Origin: Schmidtea nova
Lineage: Eukaryota
Assembly (NCBI GenBank): GCA_044892505.1
Contig: CM097883.1
Span: 378,262,001 to 378,326,000 of the forward strand
Direction: 5' to 3'
Length of the DNA stretch: 64,000 bases
This document shows, one piece after another, positions 1 through 12,515 of this stretch; within the stretch, counting starts at the first letter, position 1, and every line of letters begins with the position of its first letter. The notes beneath the pieces are model-generated. The model was not told where the DNA came from, did not search any database, and was given only the letters and a program-made list of their open reading frames with translations. The position numbers and the translations under genes were made by a program.

Positions 1-979
1 ACATTTTTTCCTACCCAATGTTTGCTCACACAAAAGCTGATTTTCGATTATTGTTGAAATGAACATTGTGGGGTTGAACGAAATTTTCCACCTCCGTTTC
101 GAAAACGTTATTCTAAAAAGACTATCACCGATACACAAACTAATAAATTCCCGAAGCCTTATCAAGCTAAGCCTTTAGTTGAAGTTTTCAGAAAAAAACA
201 AATTTAATGACGTAATGAGAGCTTTTTTGATACTGTTTGGAACATCGGATCATACCCTTGATAGTTTTATACCAGGTATTCATTCTGTATAAATTTCATT
301 AAAAATTGTATCATTGTTATAAAGTTATTTGTATTATTATAATATTTTTCTTATATTTCCTTTAATAAAATCATTTAAATTGAAATATAACGATATCATC
401 ATCGCGTTCTAAGAGGGTTTACTGTATTTAATTTTCGTACAATTTTTAACTCTTTCAAACAAATTTAAACATACAAATTTAACTTTACATAAAAAATATA
501 ATTATAGTTAAAGGTAAGTAATTTTATTAATTGGATATCCAAAATTATTGGTCTTTTCAATTAATTAAGTAAATTATTATATTTAGTGCCACGGAAAAAG
601 TATGTGAGAACCAATGATTGAACAGATAAATAAAATTAATTGTGTTTATTTACAACATTTCACAATTACGCGACATGAATGCTGAAAATAAAATAAAACA
701 AAGATAGGAGTTGTTATGACAGAAAAGGTTGAAAAGAAATGGGATTCAAAGGTTTTATTAAAATGTTGAATATCGAATGATACGGATAAAACGCGTTTGG
801 GTTTTATTTGATTGCCCTATTGTTCTTTCGCGTATTTAATGTGCGAAAGATGTGTTTTTGGATCTTGTATTAGCTGAAGGTGTACATTATTGTGTAATTT
901 TTTGAAAAGAACGTTTGATTGATTGCTCAATTTTTTTAGTTTCATTTGATATGCTTGGTTCAGATTTTGTTTTGTGTAA

Positions 980-1700
980 TTTGTTGGTGTTTCTGATCTT
1001 TGATAGTTTGTTTTCTCAACATTTTGATTATTCTTTTGGAATTTAAGAGTCTGTTTCTTGGTTATTTTTTCGGTTCGGTTAGTACGTGTTTGATTGCTGT
1101 AATTTACAATTGGTTTTGTCCAAATGTCTTGATTGTTTGGGAAGCCATAATATTTTTCTTGACTGTGATTTGGATGTTCAATTAAAAACTCTTTTGACCT
1201 TTGGTTTTCAAAACAACCTAGTGCAAGTTTTAGATGTATTAGACTCGTTAATTGAGTTTATCCGTGTAATTACAACGTGTTCATAATTCTCGATGATTTT
1301 AAAAATTTTGTGTGGGCCTAGGCATCTCGGCTTTATACCAGAATCTGACATGGTTTTGATCCAAACATGTCTTGCTTTTTCGAAAGGTCTCGTAATATAA
1401 AGTCTGTATGATCTTCTTGTAGTAAGTTGAGGACCTGAGTTAATAGTAAGGAAATGAGGTTTTCTAATTCATGCTCTTTTAAGGTTAGATTGTTTCCAAC
1501 ATCTATTATCTCAGAAGACAGTGACATCTATGTTCTAAATAACAACTGTAAGGGAGTTGATCCTGTGGTACTTGATGAAGTGTTTCTCCAATTCATTAAA
1601 ACAAACGTGAATGACTTTGTCCAACATTTTGATATTGAAATAATTGTATTCATGGATGTTTTCAATTTCAAAATTCCAATTTTAATTTCTTGCACTTATT
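980..1700 (-). pseudogene. Degraded Ty3/gypsy integrase C-terminal remnant
   Basis: Manual minus-strand translation gives FVLMNWRNTSSSTTGSTPLQLLFRT*, matching the gypsy integrase YRNTPHSTTGxSPAELLFGR motif. A frameshifted VWIKTMSDSGIKPRCLGPHKIFKII follows, resembling the GPY/F region. Multiple stops and frameshifts. Confidence 0.6.
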
Positions 1701-1931
1701 AATTATAAGTGACCTTTATCTGTTTTATTTATTTTATTTTGTTACCCTTTCCTTTTTTATCAATTTTTGCTTTTCCGTTTTCTTCTCCAAGCTCCAGAAT
1801 GCTCTCTTAATCACCCTATCGGTTTTCCCCCAAGTTACTCAAATTGTCTGTAATATTATTTATTATTTGGATATCCTCAACACGATCATAATTACATTTT
1901 ACTTTAAAGGTCCTCTTAAATTTTTCAACTT

Positions 1932-2489
1932 CTAACTTTTTATAACATCGCTGGTCGACCCAAGCCAGGTGCGATTGATTTTCTGAATCCTTACATAGCG
2001 TTCAGTGTCAGCTGTCATCTCTGGAATGCCACCTCTCAGTGACAATGAACCATTTCCTTCCGATTTTATGAAATCTTTCAAGGCCGCAACGAGAATCATG
2101 AAAGATTTTGACACACGGTTGATATCAATACTACGAGGATCTTCTAAAAGTGCCTTGACGTTGATTGGAATCTCAGAAAGAAAAACAGTCGTTGGAATTG
2201 ACTTCATTGCTTCTCCGAAACTCTCTAAGTATAGTGACAGAGGTATGTCCTCTTTTGAGGTGCATAATTTTAGATAATCCTCGCTTCTTTTATTGATCAT
2301 TTTATTCAGATATGGTCTGTCTTTATACGAATTTGACCATTTTTCGAACTGAGATTGGAATGAAGTGATATATTTCACTAAATTGTCTTTTCGATTTACG
2401 AGCATCGATTTTCTACTATCAATTTTATTACTATCATTGCCTTCAGATCTTTCTTCTATATCATCAGGCATAAGTTTGGGGTTGGACAA
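1932..2489 (-). pseudogene. NAE1: Chimeric ORF whose C-terminal half (~1975-2225) is an internal fragment of the NEDD8-activating enzyme E1 regulatory subunit (APP-BP1/Ula1)
   Basis: ESFGEAMKSIPTTVFLSEIPINVKALLEDPRSIDINRVSKSFMILVAALKDFIKSEGNGSLSLRGGIPEMTADTERYVRIQKI aligns by eye with NAE1 ENFEEAIKNV...[43 protein letters not shown]. The sequence on both sides is unrelated to NAE1. Confidence 0.8.
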
Positions 2490-2495
2490 AATGCT

Positions 2496-2930
2496 CTATC
2501 GAAAATTATAACAAGGTTTACAAATTGGAGAATTTTGAAGTTTTTCTGTAAAAGGCGTTCGACCAACATTCAATTTGCGCCAATAATCACTGTCAGATTT
2601 CGATGAATTAAATTGTAGCTTTTCTTCAATTACTGAAGATCGCACTTTATCAGAAATGATTGAATCTCCCGTAGGCAACACATTATTTAAATCATTAATG
2701 AAAGAGCTCTCGATTTTATTGATTACATTCGCATTAGTTTCAGCATCACCAATCTTTGTTTTAGGAAATTTCAAATCCGTATTAGGATTTTCTTCATAAT
2801 AAGCAGATTTATCTAGGCTCTTTATAAAGGAAACTCTTAAGCTACTGGAAAATTCAGCATTTTCCCATAAACTATAATTTGAATCGCTATCATAATAAAA
2901 TTCGTGATCAGATTCCATTTCACCATTCAT
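2496..2930 (-). CDS. Unassigned 144-aa ORF, probably the 5' end of a captured host gene; same frame as 1932-2489, separated by one TAG
   Basis: ATG start, acidic/Ser-rich N-terminus. The 441-nt offset between 2930 and 2489 keeps the frame (CYNFR*SILSNPK). Confidence 0.45.
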   Translation of the reverse strand: MNGEMESDHEFYYDSDSNYSLWENAEFSSSLRVSFIKSLDKSAYYEENPNTDLKFPKTKIGDAETNANVINKIESSFINDLNNVLPTGDSIISDKVRSSVIEEKLQFNSSKSDSDYWRKLNVGRTPFTEKLQNSPICKPCYNFR

Positions 2931-3274
2931 ATTTAAATATAATGAACGTTTATACTAAATTTTCAACAAGTCTTTGTAGCGCTTTCGAAGAAATATATAT
3001 TTAAAAATTAAAGCACAAGTATTCCATAAATTCAATAAAAAACCCACAAAGCAGTTTTTTAAATTTCAAAACCACCCTCGAAAATCACAATTAAAAAAGC
3101 TCAGATAAACAACTTTTTAAAAAACTCCCCAGAAAAAATAAAATAGCGCAGTTAAACAACAACTCATTAAATCATATTTTTAATTATCGAATTCCAAAAC
3201 TTCCAATTGATTTTATCTATCTCTTTTAACCGCTCAGCGAAATTCGGTTCTCGCGTCTCTGTGCGCACCCCAAC

Positions 3275-3631
3275 TCAACGATAGATAACATCACCACCGC
3301 GCACACAGACGTTGTCGTTATCACTATCGAAATTCGCAGCAAGTATTAATTTTGTAAGGAAAACGTCATTCCACCAGCTGCTATCACTCTGCTCGAAATT
3401 GATTGGTTTATCATCATTTGTATTGGGTGTATTTATTTTATAAACACTATTCGGAATTTCAGAAAGGTTTCGATTTGCTAAGTTTAATGAACCAGACTTC
3501 TTTGCTTGCTTCAGTAAATTATCGAATGTTTTACTATTTTGCGATTCATTACTACCAATGTCAATGAATAGTGACTTGTCATTTGTTTGATTCAGTTTAT
3601 TTTTTGATCGGAATTCAAGAAATTTCGACAT
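3275..3631 (-). pseudogene. LRRC40: 5' fragment of leucine-rich repeat protein 40, truncated at the first LRR (~3335)
   Basis: LLKQAKKSGSLNLANRNLSEIPNSVYKIN...SWWNDVFLTKLILAAN matches the LRRC40 N-terminus [22 protein letters not shown]...WWEQTDLTKLIISNN, then switches to unrelated sequence. Confidence 0.8.
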
Positions 3632-5050
3632 TTATTTTACATATAAGATTTATATAAATTTCGATAAGACCGTCTAACGGCTTCAGACTCACCCCCCAAT
3701 CTCTCAAAGCAATCAAGCCCGCTCTCAATTATCTAATTTTTATTTAATTATTTTTAACATATTTTAATAAGCGGGCGCGACCAATCGCTTTATAATATTT
3801 AATATATCACCTATTTCTTCCCTAAAATATCTGAATCGCATCCAACATACATTTCTTAATTCTATTCGCATTTACTATCTACTTCCAATTCACCCTTATC
3901 AATCAATATAATTTAATAAGCGATAATTTGAAAACCCATTCCGACTCTTCAGTTCGGTTTCTCCAACGCATCGCAAACTCATGGCCGATGAGCCAACAGA
4001 TTCCCTTCTAAATCCGTTTACTTAGGGAATCATTTGAGACAAAAAAATAAACGATTTTACTTCAAATATTTTATCAATTCCAAGCATCAATAATTACCTT
4101 TACACAATGCATGAAAACATAAAACATAAACATACTTGCTGATTCTGTAATCAGACGTTCTACAAGAAAGATCAATAACAATACTGCTGTGAGCTGGTGA
4201 GCGAGAAAATCTGTTAGCAAAGCTAAAGTTAAATTTATGATTTTTCAGCGTCTATTGATACTATTTGTGAGTTAAGCCTACGAATTCTATTCATTAAATA
4301 GAAATATTTATAATTTAATTTGTATATTTATTTTAATATTTAAATTGCTTATTTTAATAAATGAATTAGTTATTTTTTTTTCAGTGAAATTAGATTTTCC
4401 ATTTATTTTCCAAATATTATTAATTCCAATTAATAACGTGTGTCCAATATGATGTCATCTTGTGTCATTTTGATGTCATTAACGATATTTTAATGGGAAT
4501 TTCTTTTCTAATTTTTAATAAATATTCCATTTATATCTTCAAATATATCTCCAAATATATCTTCAACCATGTTTATTTGTATTTAACCCTTTGAGGGATG
4601 AATTATTTTTCCTTCGAAAATTAATGAATAAGACATTTACTGGCTTAATATAAACCAGCGATGTCCAAACTATGGCTCGGGGGCCAAATCTGGCCCGCCA
4701 GTTTGAAAAGCTTGGCCCGCAAAACTCTAAAAACGATTGAAAAAAATTGCAAGAAAAAAAATTGAAATTTCTTTTTTTTCATAATTTTGTCAGTTACCAA
4801 TTTTTTAAAAATGGTTTTTTTCTTCTGAAATTATATTAACAATTAAATGACAGCTCTTCTAAGAATTCGTAGTTGCTTTACTAATTTCTGTGCATACATA
4901 ACAAATTGTTTTGTATTTGTTTAAAAAAAATAGTTTTAAAAACTCAGTTTGATTTTGAAGCTTCACTCTGTGGTAAGTAAACTTTAGATATTCTTTTTTT
5001 TTATTTTGTGATAGAAAACATATTATTTAATAGTAAACTCAATATTCCTG

Positions 5051-6861
5051 ATGGATAAAAAAAGAAAAATTGATGATGAATCTAGAAATTTCCAAGAGAT
5101 CTGGAAAACTAAATACTCTTGTATTCTAGCAACAAAACCAAAAAATGCCGTTTGGTGTTTGGTATGTAAAGCTACGATTTCGGTACTAAAAGAATATAAT
5201 ATACGATGACATTATGAGACGCATCATAAAAGCCTGAATGCGCTTGCTCAAGATGAGCGAATTGAAAAACTGAATGAGCTTACAAATTCACTGTCGATGC
5301 AACAAAATATGTTCACCAGAATAAATGATGAGAATTTGGCTAGTGTTACAGTCGGATTTAAAATTTCTCACCGTATAGCTGCTTTGGGTAGACCATTTAA
5401 AGACGGCGAGTTTATCAAATGTTGCATTATTGATGCAGTTTCTACTATTCTTCCCGACAAAGTTCAGCTTTTTAAAAATATATCACTTTCAAGAAATACC
5501 ATAACAAGACGAATAGAACAAATTTCTGAAAATATTAATATACAACTTAAGGAGCGAATTCAAAAATTTCAATATTTTTCTATTGCTTTGGATGAGAGCA
5601 CAGATGTAGTAGATACATCGCAATTACTTATTTTTATAAGAGGTGTAGATTCCGATTTCAATGTTACAGAAGAGCTAGCGGCACTTTCTTCCTTATATGG
5701 ATCAACAACAGGACAAAATATATTTGATAGTATGGAAATGTGTTTTGATAAGCTGCAATTAAATTGGGATAAATTATTTAATGTCACTACAGATGGTGCG
5801 CGATGTATGACTGGAGATAATATTGGACTCAGAGGAAAAATTAATGAAAAAATGGTTTCCTTAGGGTTGAAAACCCCTTTATATATGCATTGTATTATAC
5901 ATCAATACAATTTATTGGCAAAAACCTTGAAGTTTGAAGATGTTTTGAAAACAGTAATTTCTACTGTTAATTTCATACGGAATAATAAACTTAACCATGG
6001 AGAATTTCGTAAATTTTTGGATGAAACTGATGCTGATTGGGATGATGTAATATATTTCGCTGAAGTTAAATGACTAAGTAAAGGTAAAGTTCTAACTAGG
6101 TTTTTTAACCTACGAAAAGAAATTATATCATTTTGTAATAAAAAAAAACATGTAATTCCTGAACTTGAAGATGAAGTTTGGTTGTGGAAACTTGCATTTC
6201 TAACGGATTTGGTTGATCAAATGAATAAATATATCAATAAAATGCAAGGAAATATGAAATTGGTCAGCGAACTTTATTCAAATGTACAGTGTTGCAACGA
6301 AATTAAAACTCCTTTATCGACAGGTATCTAAAAATAATTTCCAACATTTCAAATTATGTGAACATTTAAAAAAATCTGGTGAATTACAAACTAATACTCC
6401 AAATGAAATATTTTGTGATACAATAAAAATTTTTGATAAAAAATATGGAAGAAAGATTTTCGGATTTCGATAATATTTCATCTGAAATAACACTCTTTGA
6501 AAATTCTTTTACATATGACGTGGATGAAGCTGTTCCAGATTTGCAGCTTGAACTTTGTCAGTTGCAAAGTACCAACAACTTAAAAGTGTGGTTCATAGAA
6601 AAAACCTTACTGGAATTTTATAAAGGACTATCAAAGGAAGATTTTCCAAATCTAAGGATATTTGCATCCAGAATGTTCTCAAATTTTGGTAGCACATATA
6701 AAGTGGAACAAACATATTCAAAAATGAAGTATACAAAAATAATAATAGAAATAAATTATTAGATAGACATTTGCAGGACATTTTAAGAATTTCCACTTCC
6801 AAAATTGAACCAAAAATTACAGAATTGGCTTCATCACTTCAACATCATCCATCACATTGAT
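5051..6861 (+). pseudogene. hAT transposase pseudogene
   Basis: MDKKRKIDDESRNFQEIW, BED-like CLVC...HYETHH, FSIALDESTD, VTTDGA, HCIIHQ, C-terminal FGSTYKVEQTYS. In-frame stops (for example 6071-6073 at the conserved RW) and frameshifts. Confidence 0.9.
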
Positions 6862-6887
6862 AACTTAATACTTTTTATAATATTTTA

Positions 6888-7101
6888 NNNNNNNNNNNNN
6901 NNNNNNNNNNNNNNNNNNNNNNNNNNNNNNNNNNNNNNNNNNNNNNNNNNNNNNNNNNNNNNNNNNNNNNNNNNNNNNNNNNNNNNNNNNNNNNNNNNNN
7001 NNNNNNNNNNNNNNNNNNNNNNNNNNNNNNNNNNNNNNNNNNNNNNNNNNNNNNNNNNNNNNNNNNNNNNNNNNNNNNNNNNNNNNNNNNNNNNNNNNNN
7101 N
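6888..7101. other. Assembly gap (N run); further gaps at 36501-36652, 37129-37400 and 55457-55622
   Basis: Runs of n in the sequence. Confidence 1.
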
Positions 7102-7329
7102 TAAAAGTTTATAATTTTCATTGTTTATCTATTTCCTTTTTTTATATTTTTAAAAAAATTTGGCCCGCCAAGTTCTGTTAAATAATTATTTTGGCCCATG
7201 AAAAAATAAGTTTGGGCATCGCTGATATAAATAAATAAAACATACAAAACTAATATAAAGAAACAAAATTATTCACGCTATTCTGCGGGACCCGGTTATA
7301 CAGTCGTTTTTCCATTTCTAAGAAATAAA

Positions 7330-7766
7330 AAACTATTTTACCTCTTTGCGGCTTAATGTTATTGTCACACAACCGCATAATACAAAGCTTCCTTTGTTGT
7401 TTTCTCTTCCAATTCGCCCTTTACGATGTTTTTCCATTTGAGAAGAGGTGCGTTTTTAGCTAAAACTTCCTGACGTGTTTGAGCGAGAAAAAGTTCTATG
7501 CGTTCATACGTTCTCGTTTAAATGTTTTATGTAACGTAATTTGTTGCTAGCTCCTTGTGTTCCAATTATCTTGCCTTCTTGAGCTGGACTTTTAGCGCCT
7601 TTGTTTTGGTAATCTGCTTCCGATCGTGGCTCATTTGTTGGAGCTTAAACTAAGCATGCTCTAGCTTTATAAAATTTTGTAATATATTGCGCGCTTGTTG
7701 TCTGCTCTCTCACCTTTTCCTCAGCACCTCCCCTAGATCTGATCTCAAAGCGTCTATAACGTCCAT
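7330..7766 (-). pseudogene. Degraded coiled-coil-like ORF of unknown family
   Basis: MDVIDALRSDLGEVLRKR*ESRQQARNILQNFIKLEHA*FKLQQ... reads in one frame through several stops; GC content is higher than the flanks. Confidence 0.35.
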
Positions 7767-8768
7767 AATATAAAATATAATTTACACATTAAATCTATAT
7801 TTTCTTGATTAATTCTTGTACTATGCACGTGTCACATGTAAATCAAACGTGTAAATTACTGATCGTATTTATGAATGCAATAAAACCCTATATACATCAG
7901 ATTTTATATTAGATTTTATCTTTTAGGCATATTTGAATAAAATTCAGAAATAAGCATTTAGTTTGGCTCAACATACAATAAACTAAATGCAAGCTACAAA
8001 CATTCATCACCATACTCTACCAATATCAACAGTTACTAAAGCGAAAATTGTATTTATAAAACAGGAGTTAAAGGTTAGGTACTCAATTCAAAGCTGGTTC
8101 GGTTTTACGATTCCGCCAATCTCGTCTTCACTTCTGTTTGACGTTGTCACGTTCCGGTTCTGTTATTACGTTTACCACTCTCCTACGATATTCCTAAAGT
8201 ACTGACTTTGGCATAAGAACTGCTACGGCCGTCGCTTCACGAACTTTTCTCTTTAAGATAACTATATGGCTTCGCCATTCTTTACAATACTATTTAGTGG
8301 CAATGGCCACGAAATATCTCTTTACTAGATAAATTTGTTCTCACTTTCTTAGATGGTGTTAGGGATGGATCTTATGTCCAAATTATGTTATTCTAATCAA
8401 AACTTTAAAATAGGAAAATAATGTTATAAATAGAAAATTAGGATTAGAAAAATAAAAATATAATATTTAAATTACTAAAAATAAAAATACAATATTTTAA
8501 ATATACTAAAAATAGAAATACATAATAATTATTAAAATAGTATATATTAAAATTATTTAACATTCCAAATCACCAATATAAATAAGGTCACAATGACCAG
8601 TGACGTACAGTAATTTTAAAAGTTTAGACTAAACAATTTCCAGATTATAAATTTCAGTAGTTCGAGAAAAACTAGTGAGAGTGAAACTCGAGAGAAAATA
8701 TTAGATTTGAGAAAATCACGCTGTTCCCTTTTATTCAAAACGTATTATTTGCTTTTCAAAGCCTTTAA

Positions 8769-9008
8769 CCCTTTCAATACGATTTTCTGATTTTAATAAT
8801 TTATGTAGACATCTAGACTGACAAAATTTTATAGAAAAGAAAAAAAGCAGACAGCAAACAGCAACAGAGCAGACAGGTTTGGACTTGTTTTCGAGCCTGA
8901 CCGTACAGTACAAAAATTCCAGATCCCAATGCAATTGTAAGCATTTAAATTATTTTAGTAATTATTAGAAATTCTCTGGGACAATATGTCCTTATAGTAT
9001 TGAAAGGG
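8769..9008. mobile_element. piggyBac-like MITE
   Basis: TTAA on both sides (8765-8768, 9009-9012); perfect 12-bp TIR CCCTTTCAATAC / GTATTGAAAGGG. Confidence 0.85.
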
Positions 9009-9066
9009 TTAAGAAGAATACGATTTCACCTAATTAGTGAATCGGAAAGCCTTAATTGTGTTTTTA

Positions 9067-9309
9067 CAGGGTTATTCAAAACCATATATTCATTTGTTCA
9101 AAACTTTATGTTCATCTATTCAAAACTATATATTCATTTATAATGAATAAATGAATATATAGTTTTGAATAGATGAATATATAGTTTTGAATAAATGAAT
9201 ATATGGTTTTGAATAAATGAATATATGGTTTTGAATAAATGAATATATGGTTTTGAATAAATGAATATATGGTTTTGAATAAATGAATATATGGTTTTGA
9301 ATAACCCTG
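9067..9309. mobile_element. Foldback MITE (Tc1/mariner-type TA TSD) built from 22-bp tandem units
   Basis: TA|CAGGGTTATTCAAAACC...GGTTTTGAATAACCCTG|TA. The unit GAATAAATGAATATATGGTTTT occurs about 7 times on the right arm and about 3 times inverted on the left. Confidence 0.8.
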
Positions 9310-10400
9310 TAAACCTTTATTAGTAAAATCATAGTGAACCAACAGTTCGATTTGTTGTGTTCATCTGGGTTGCCCCAAACTATAAACTTACTTTTCCCCT
9401 CTGTAATATACAAAAACCGTGTGAGCATTAACACTACAGACTAGCTCTCGAGAAATCCTTCTGTGGTATTTAATATCATTTATTGTACCTACTTTTAATA
9501 TTCACTCATATATTTATTTTATAATTAAAACTTACCAACAAACACTTCCTTAATTGATTTTCTTTTATATTCATATTTATATTTATTATTACAATTTGGA
9601 GCCAGACCTGTGTTAAGGTCAAAATATCCTCAACATATTTGATTATTGTTCATAGCGATCTTAATAATGGGGTCAATTCTTCCATGACAGAAATTAAGAC
9701 TATTACTAATTCAGGTAGTTCCTAAAACGAATCAATAAAATTAAAGAAGATTTTGTTGAAATCATGTTAGTAATTCTTCATCTCTATCAAACCCTGATAA
9801 CTGTTATCTATTTCATCTCCTTATGCAACCTCTTATTGCTTCGCGCCACTATCTAAATTCAAGACGTGTTTATTTCCACCCTGAAACTTTGGGTTATCAT
9901 AAAATTAAAATAGAGTAAAAAATAAAGTAACAAATAAAGTCACAAATAAAGTAACTATTTAATTGTGTAAACTAAAATTTATTTTAAGTAAATTTATCAA
10001 AAAATTTCAAGTTTTTTAAAATTAATTTAAAATTAATTATTTATTAAAAAATAATTTAACTGATAAATTAATAAAAAATATATTAAAATTACAATAATTA
10101 CCATCTTTTACATATTATTCTTGTACAAAATTTTAAACTAATCCAAGCACCAACTACGAAATTCAGAGTAAAAATTTGAGTAACACACTAAACTTTGATG
10201 TGTTGTTAAAATTTATTATTGGGTGTTATTGATTGATAGAATTCACAACCATTAACAGTTTGCATGCCTTTTCTAACATTCACTGCCTTTTTGTGGTTAA
10301 CAATTTTTTTCTATCCTTTTTGTCTACTACATAATAAAAGGTGTTATTCATTGTTAGCACACTGATAACACACAGGTGAGTGTTTGAAATTTATATATTA

Positions 10401-10940
10401 CCATCGCCGCCAATAAATTAGCATCACTCTGTTAATTTTGCATTGATGCAATTATGTTCTAAAAATAGACTTTGGGAAGTCCAGACATGAATGAAAAGTG
10501 TTTTAATTGGTTGCAGCATTCTTGACAGTGTTGGGTCATTGACTTATCATTATTTCTTTGTCACACTGGTGAAGCACGTGTTTCTTTTCTGTCACAGTAT
10601 TATGGGAAAGAGAAAGGATTGCTCATTAGAAACCTCCGCCCAAGTGGAGATTCCACTTTCAGCCAGTTCCATGCCATCACTCGTATAGTACGACGTCCTC
10701 GCAATCAACGGTGCAACAGCCGGTTTACCATCCCAGTCGTCAAGCGCGCACCCACTACAGTGGTCTGCGGTGCCATATCTGCTGCAGGCACCGGTCCCCT
10801 GTGGTTTATGCCACCGAATACGACGATCAACCGCCATGTTTACCTCCATGTTCTCCAGGAACATTTGCCTGTCTACATGCAGGTTCTGGGTTGCACAGTT
10901 TTCCAGCATGATGGTGCTCCGTGCCACAATTTCATATTAT
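10401..10940 (+). mobile_element. Tc1-family transposon remnant (left end plus internally deleted DDE transposase)
   Basis: MGKRKDCSLET joined to GDSTF...VVCGAISAAGTGPLWF...YLHVLQEHL...FQHDGAPCHN, which are Tc1 catalytic motifs. No right TIR seen. Confidence 0.8.
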
Positions 10941-12458
10941 AGGTGGTATTCATCGTTATACGGTGTATTGTTCTAGATATTGTTGGTACCATAGTAGAAT
11001 TTAATTTTATGACGACCAAATAATTGTTGATTTAACCAGTTGTTACCTGTTGCAAGCAACGTTGGCGAATAACTAATGGCGAAGATACTAGCAAAAAGTG
11101 AGCCTGTTTCCAGAGCTATAATTGCTCGAGTAATTTCTTCGGGATCAAGAGCTGCCGTTAGAAGACATGTGCTCGTTTTGACGTTCGGTCCCTTTCTGTC
11201 ATGATGTATTTTAACCCTTATTATATCATGCTTTATCTTTCTAATCTTCATTCACAAATTCTAATTTTAAATTCTTGATACGTATGTCATGATCTTTTCC
11301 TCGAGAGATCGTAAAACCATATCATTTGAAGGGCATAGATTCAATAGTTGAATACTAGAATAATTAATCTCAGTGTTTCCGTGATTTACTTATATATCCT
11401 TGATTTTATGTCTTTAAAAAATAGAAAGACTGAAAATTAAATTAATTGGCGGAATAAGCCGAATGATTTGAAGGAATTGATTTGGAACCCAGTTTCCCAA
11501 AATAGATGAGTGGGACAGTAACTTCATTTATTGATAATTGAGCTTATTACTGTTGGGACTTTTATCGTGGAACATTAGCATAGTTAATGTGGTCTTTTTG
11601 GTTCATATTATGAGCTGAATAAAGTTCAGATAATTTCCGAGTCACAAAATTATTCACATATGACAAGTTTATCGATCCGTGCAGAAGGTAGTCATAGACT
11701 ACCTTGAATTTGGTCAAACATAATATGAAGTCGTCATCCCTGAGAAAGTTTTTATAGTTTAACTTATTGATTTTATTTTTCAGATTTTTCAAGTGATCTA
11801 GATGGAGAAACCACAATTTGTCGTCCTTACTCCAATCATTGGATGTATTACTGATTACTCGTGGCGATTTCTATTTGATATAATTCTATACATAACAGAC
11901 TTAAATGACTTTTCTATTTTATTTGCATTATGCTTGTCTCTGTATAATCAATCGGAGAATTTTGTCGCCTTGATGGTTCGTCGTCGATCTATGGAATTTT
12001 ATTATAAGCCTATGAGGTAATATCCTACCAGAAAAGATTGCAAGTAAAATTTTCTTATGTGTACCATCAAATATTGTGGCTCTGTGTCTATGGCGAATTA
12101 GAATCTCTATTGTCCCCTTTTCAGAATTCTCAATAATGCTTATACATACACTCATGGATTTGCCTTTCAATTACGTTATTTAACTGCCTCCGATATTTTA
12201 GTTTAATTTTCAAACTATGTTCATTTGTATTGGTTTTACAATAAATAAATATATGAATTTGTTTTTATAAAATCTCTTTATTTCGACAAATTGTGTAATT
12301 GTGTCTTTGTCAGGTAACTATACAAATTGGATACATATCTTCGTTGTTCCGTTCCTCGCATCTTTAGTGCTGTCTGCTATCGCTTGATTTTTATAGAAAT
12401 CGCATTACTCTGCTTTTACAACACTCTAGGCTTTCATAGATACTTCGTGTCTTGACTT

Positions 12459-12461
<3 letters not shown>

Positions 12462-12512
<51 letters not shown>
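12462..12512. repeat. (TA)n microsatellite
   Basis: About 25 perfect TA units. Confidence 0.95.

Positions 12513-12515
<3 letters not shown>

Larger units (their letters stand above)
4656..7224 (+). mobile_element. hAT DNA transposon (SPIN/GTF2IRD2-like), full length, defective
   Basis: TIRs CAGCGATGTCCAAAC / GTTTGGGCATCGCTG; 8-bp TSD ATATAAAC / ATATAAAT. Contains an assembly gap. Confidence 0.9.

Noticed and set aside
1-260. Short plus-strand frame (HCGVERNFPPPF...) as a host gene 3' end
   Set aside because: No recognisable domain and truncated by the window edge.
4586-4610. TTAA-CCCTTTG piggyBac-like left end
   Set aside because: No matching right TIR found.
9112-9434. ORFs over the 22-bp repeats, and a CRISPR-like appearance
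   Set aside because: The units are contiguous with no unique spacers and no cas genes, in a eukaryotic context. The ORFs are translations of the repeat.
10973-12170. Several 70-90 aa minus-strand ORFs
   Set aside because: They look coding-like but I could not assign any family motif. A Penelope RT reading (RDDDF) did not hold up in motif order.
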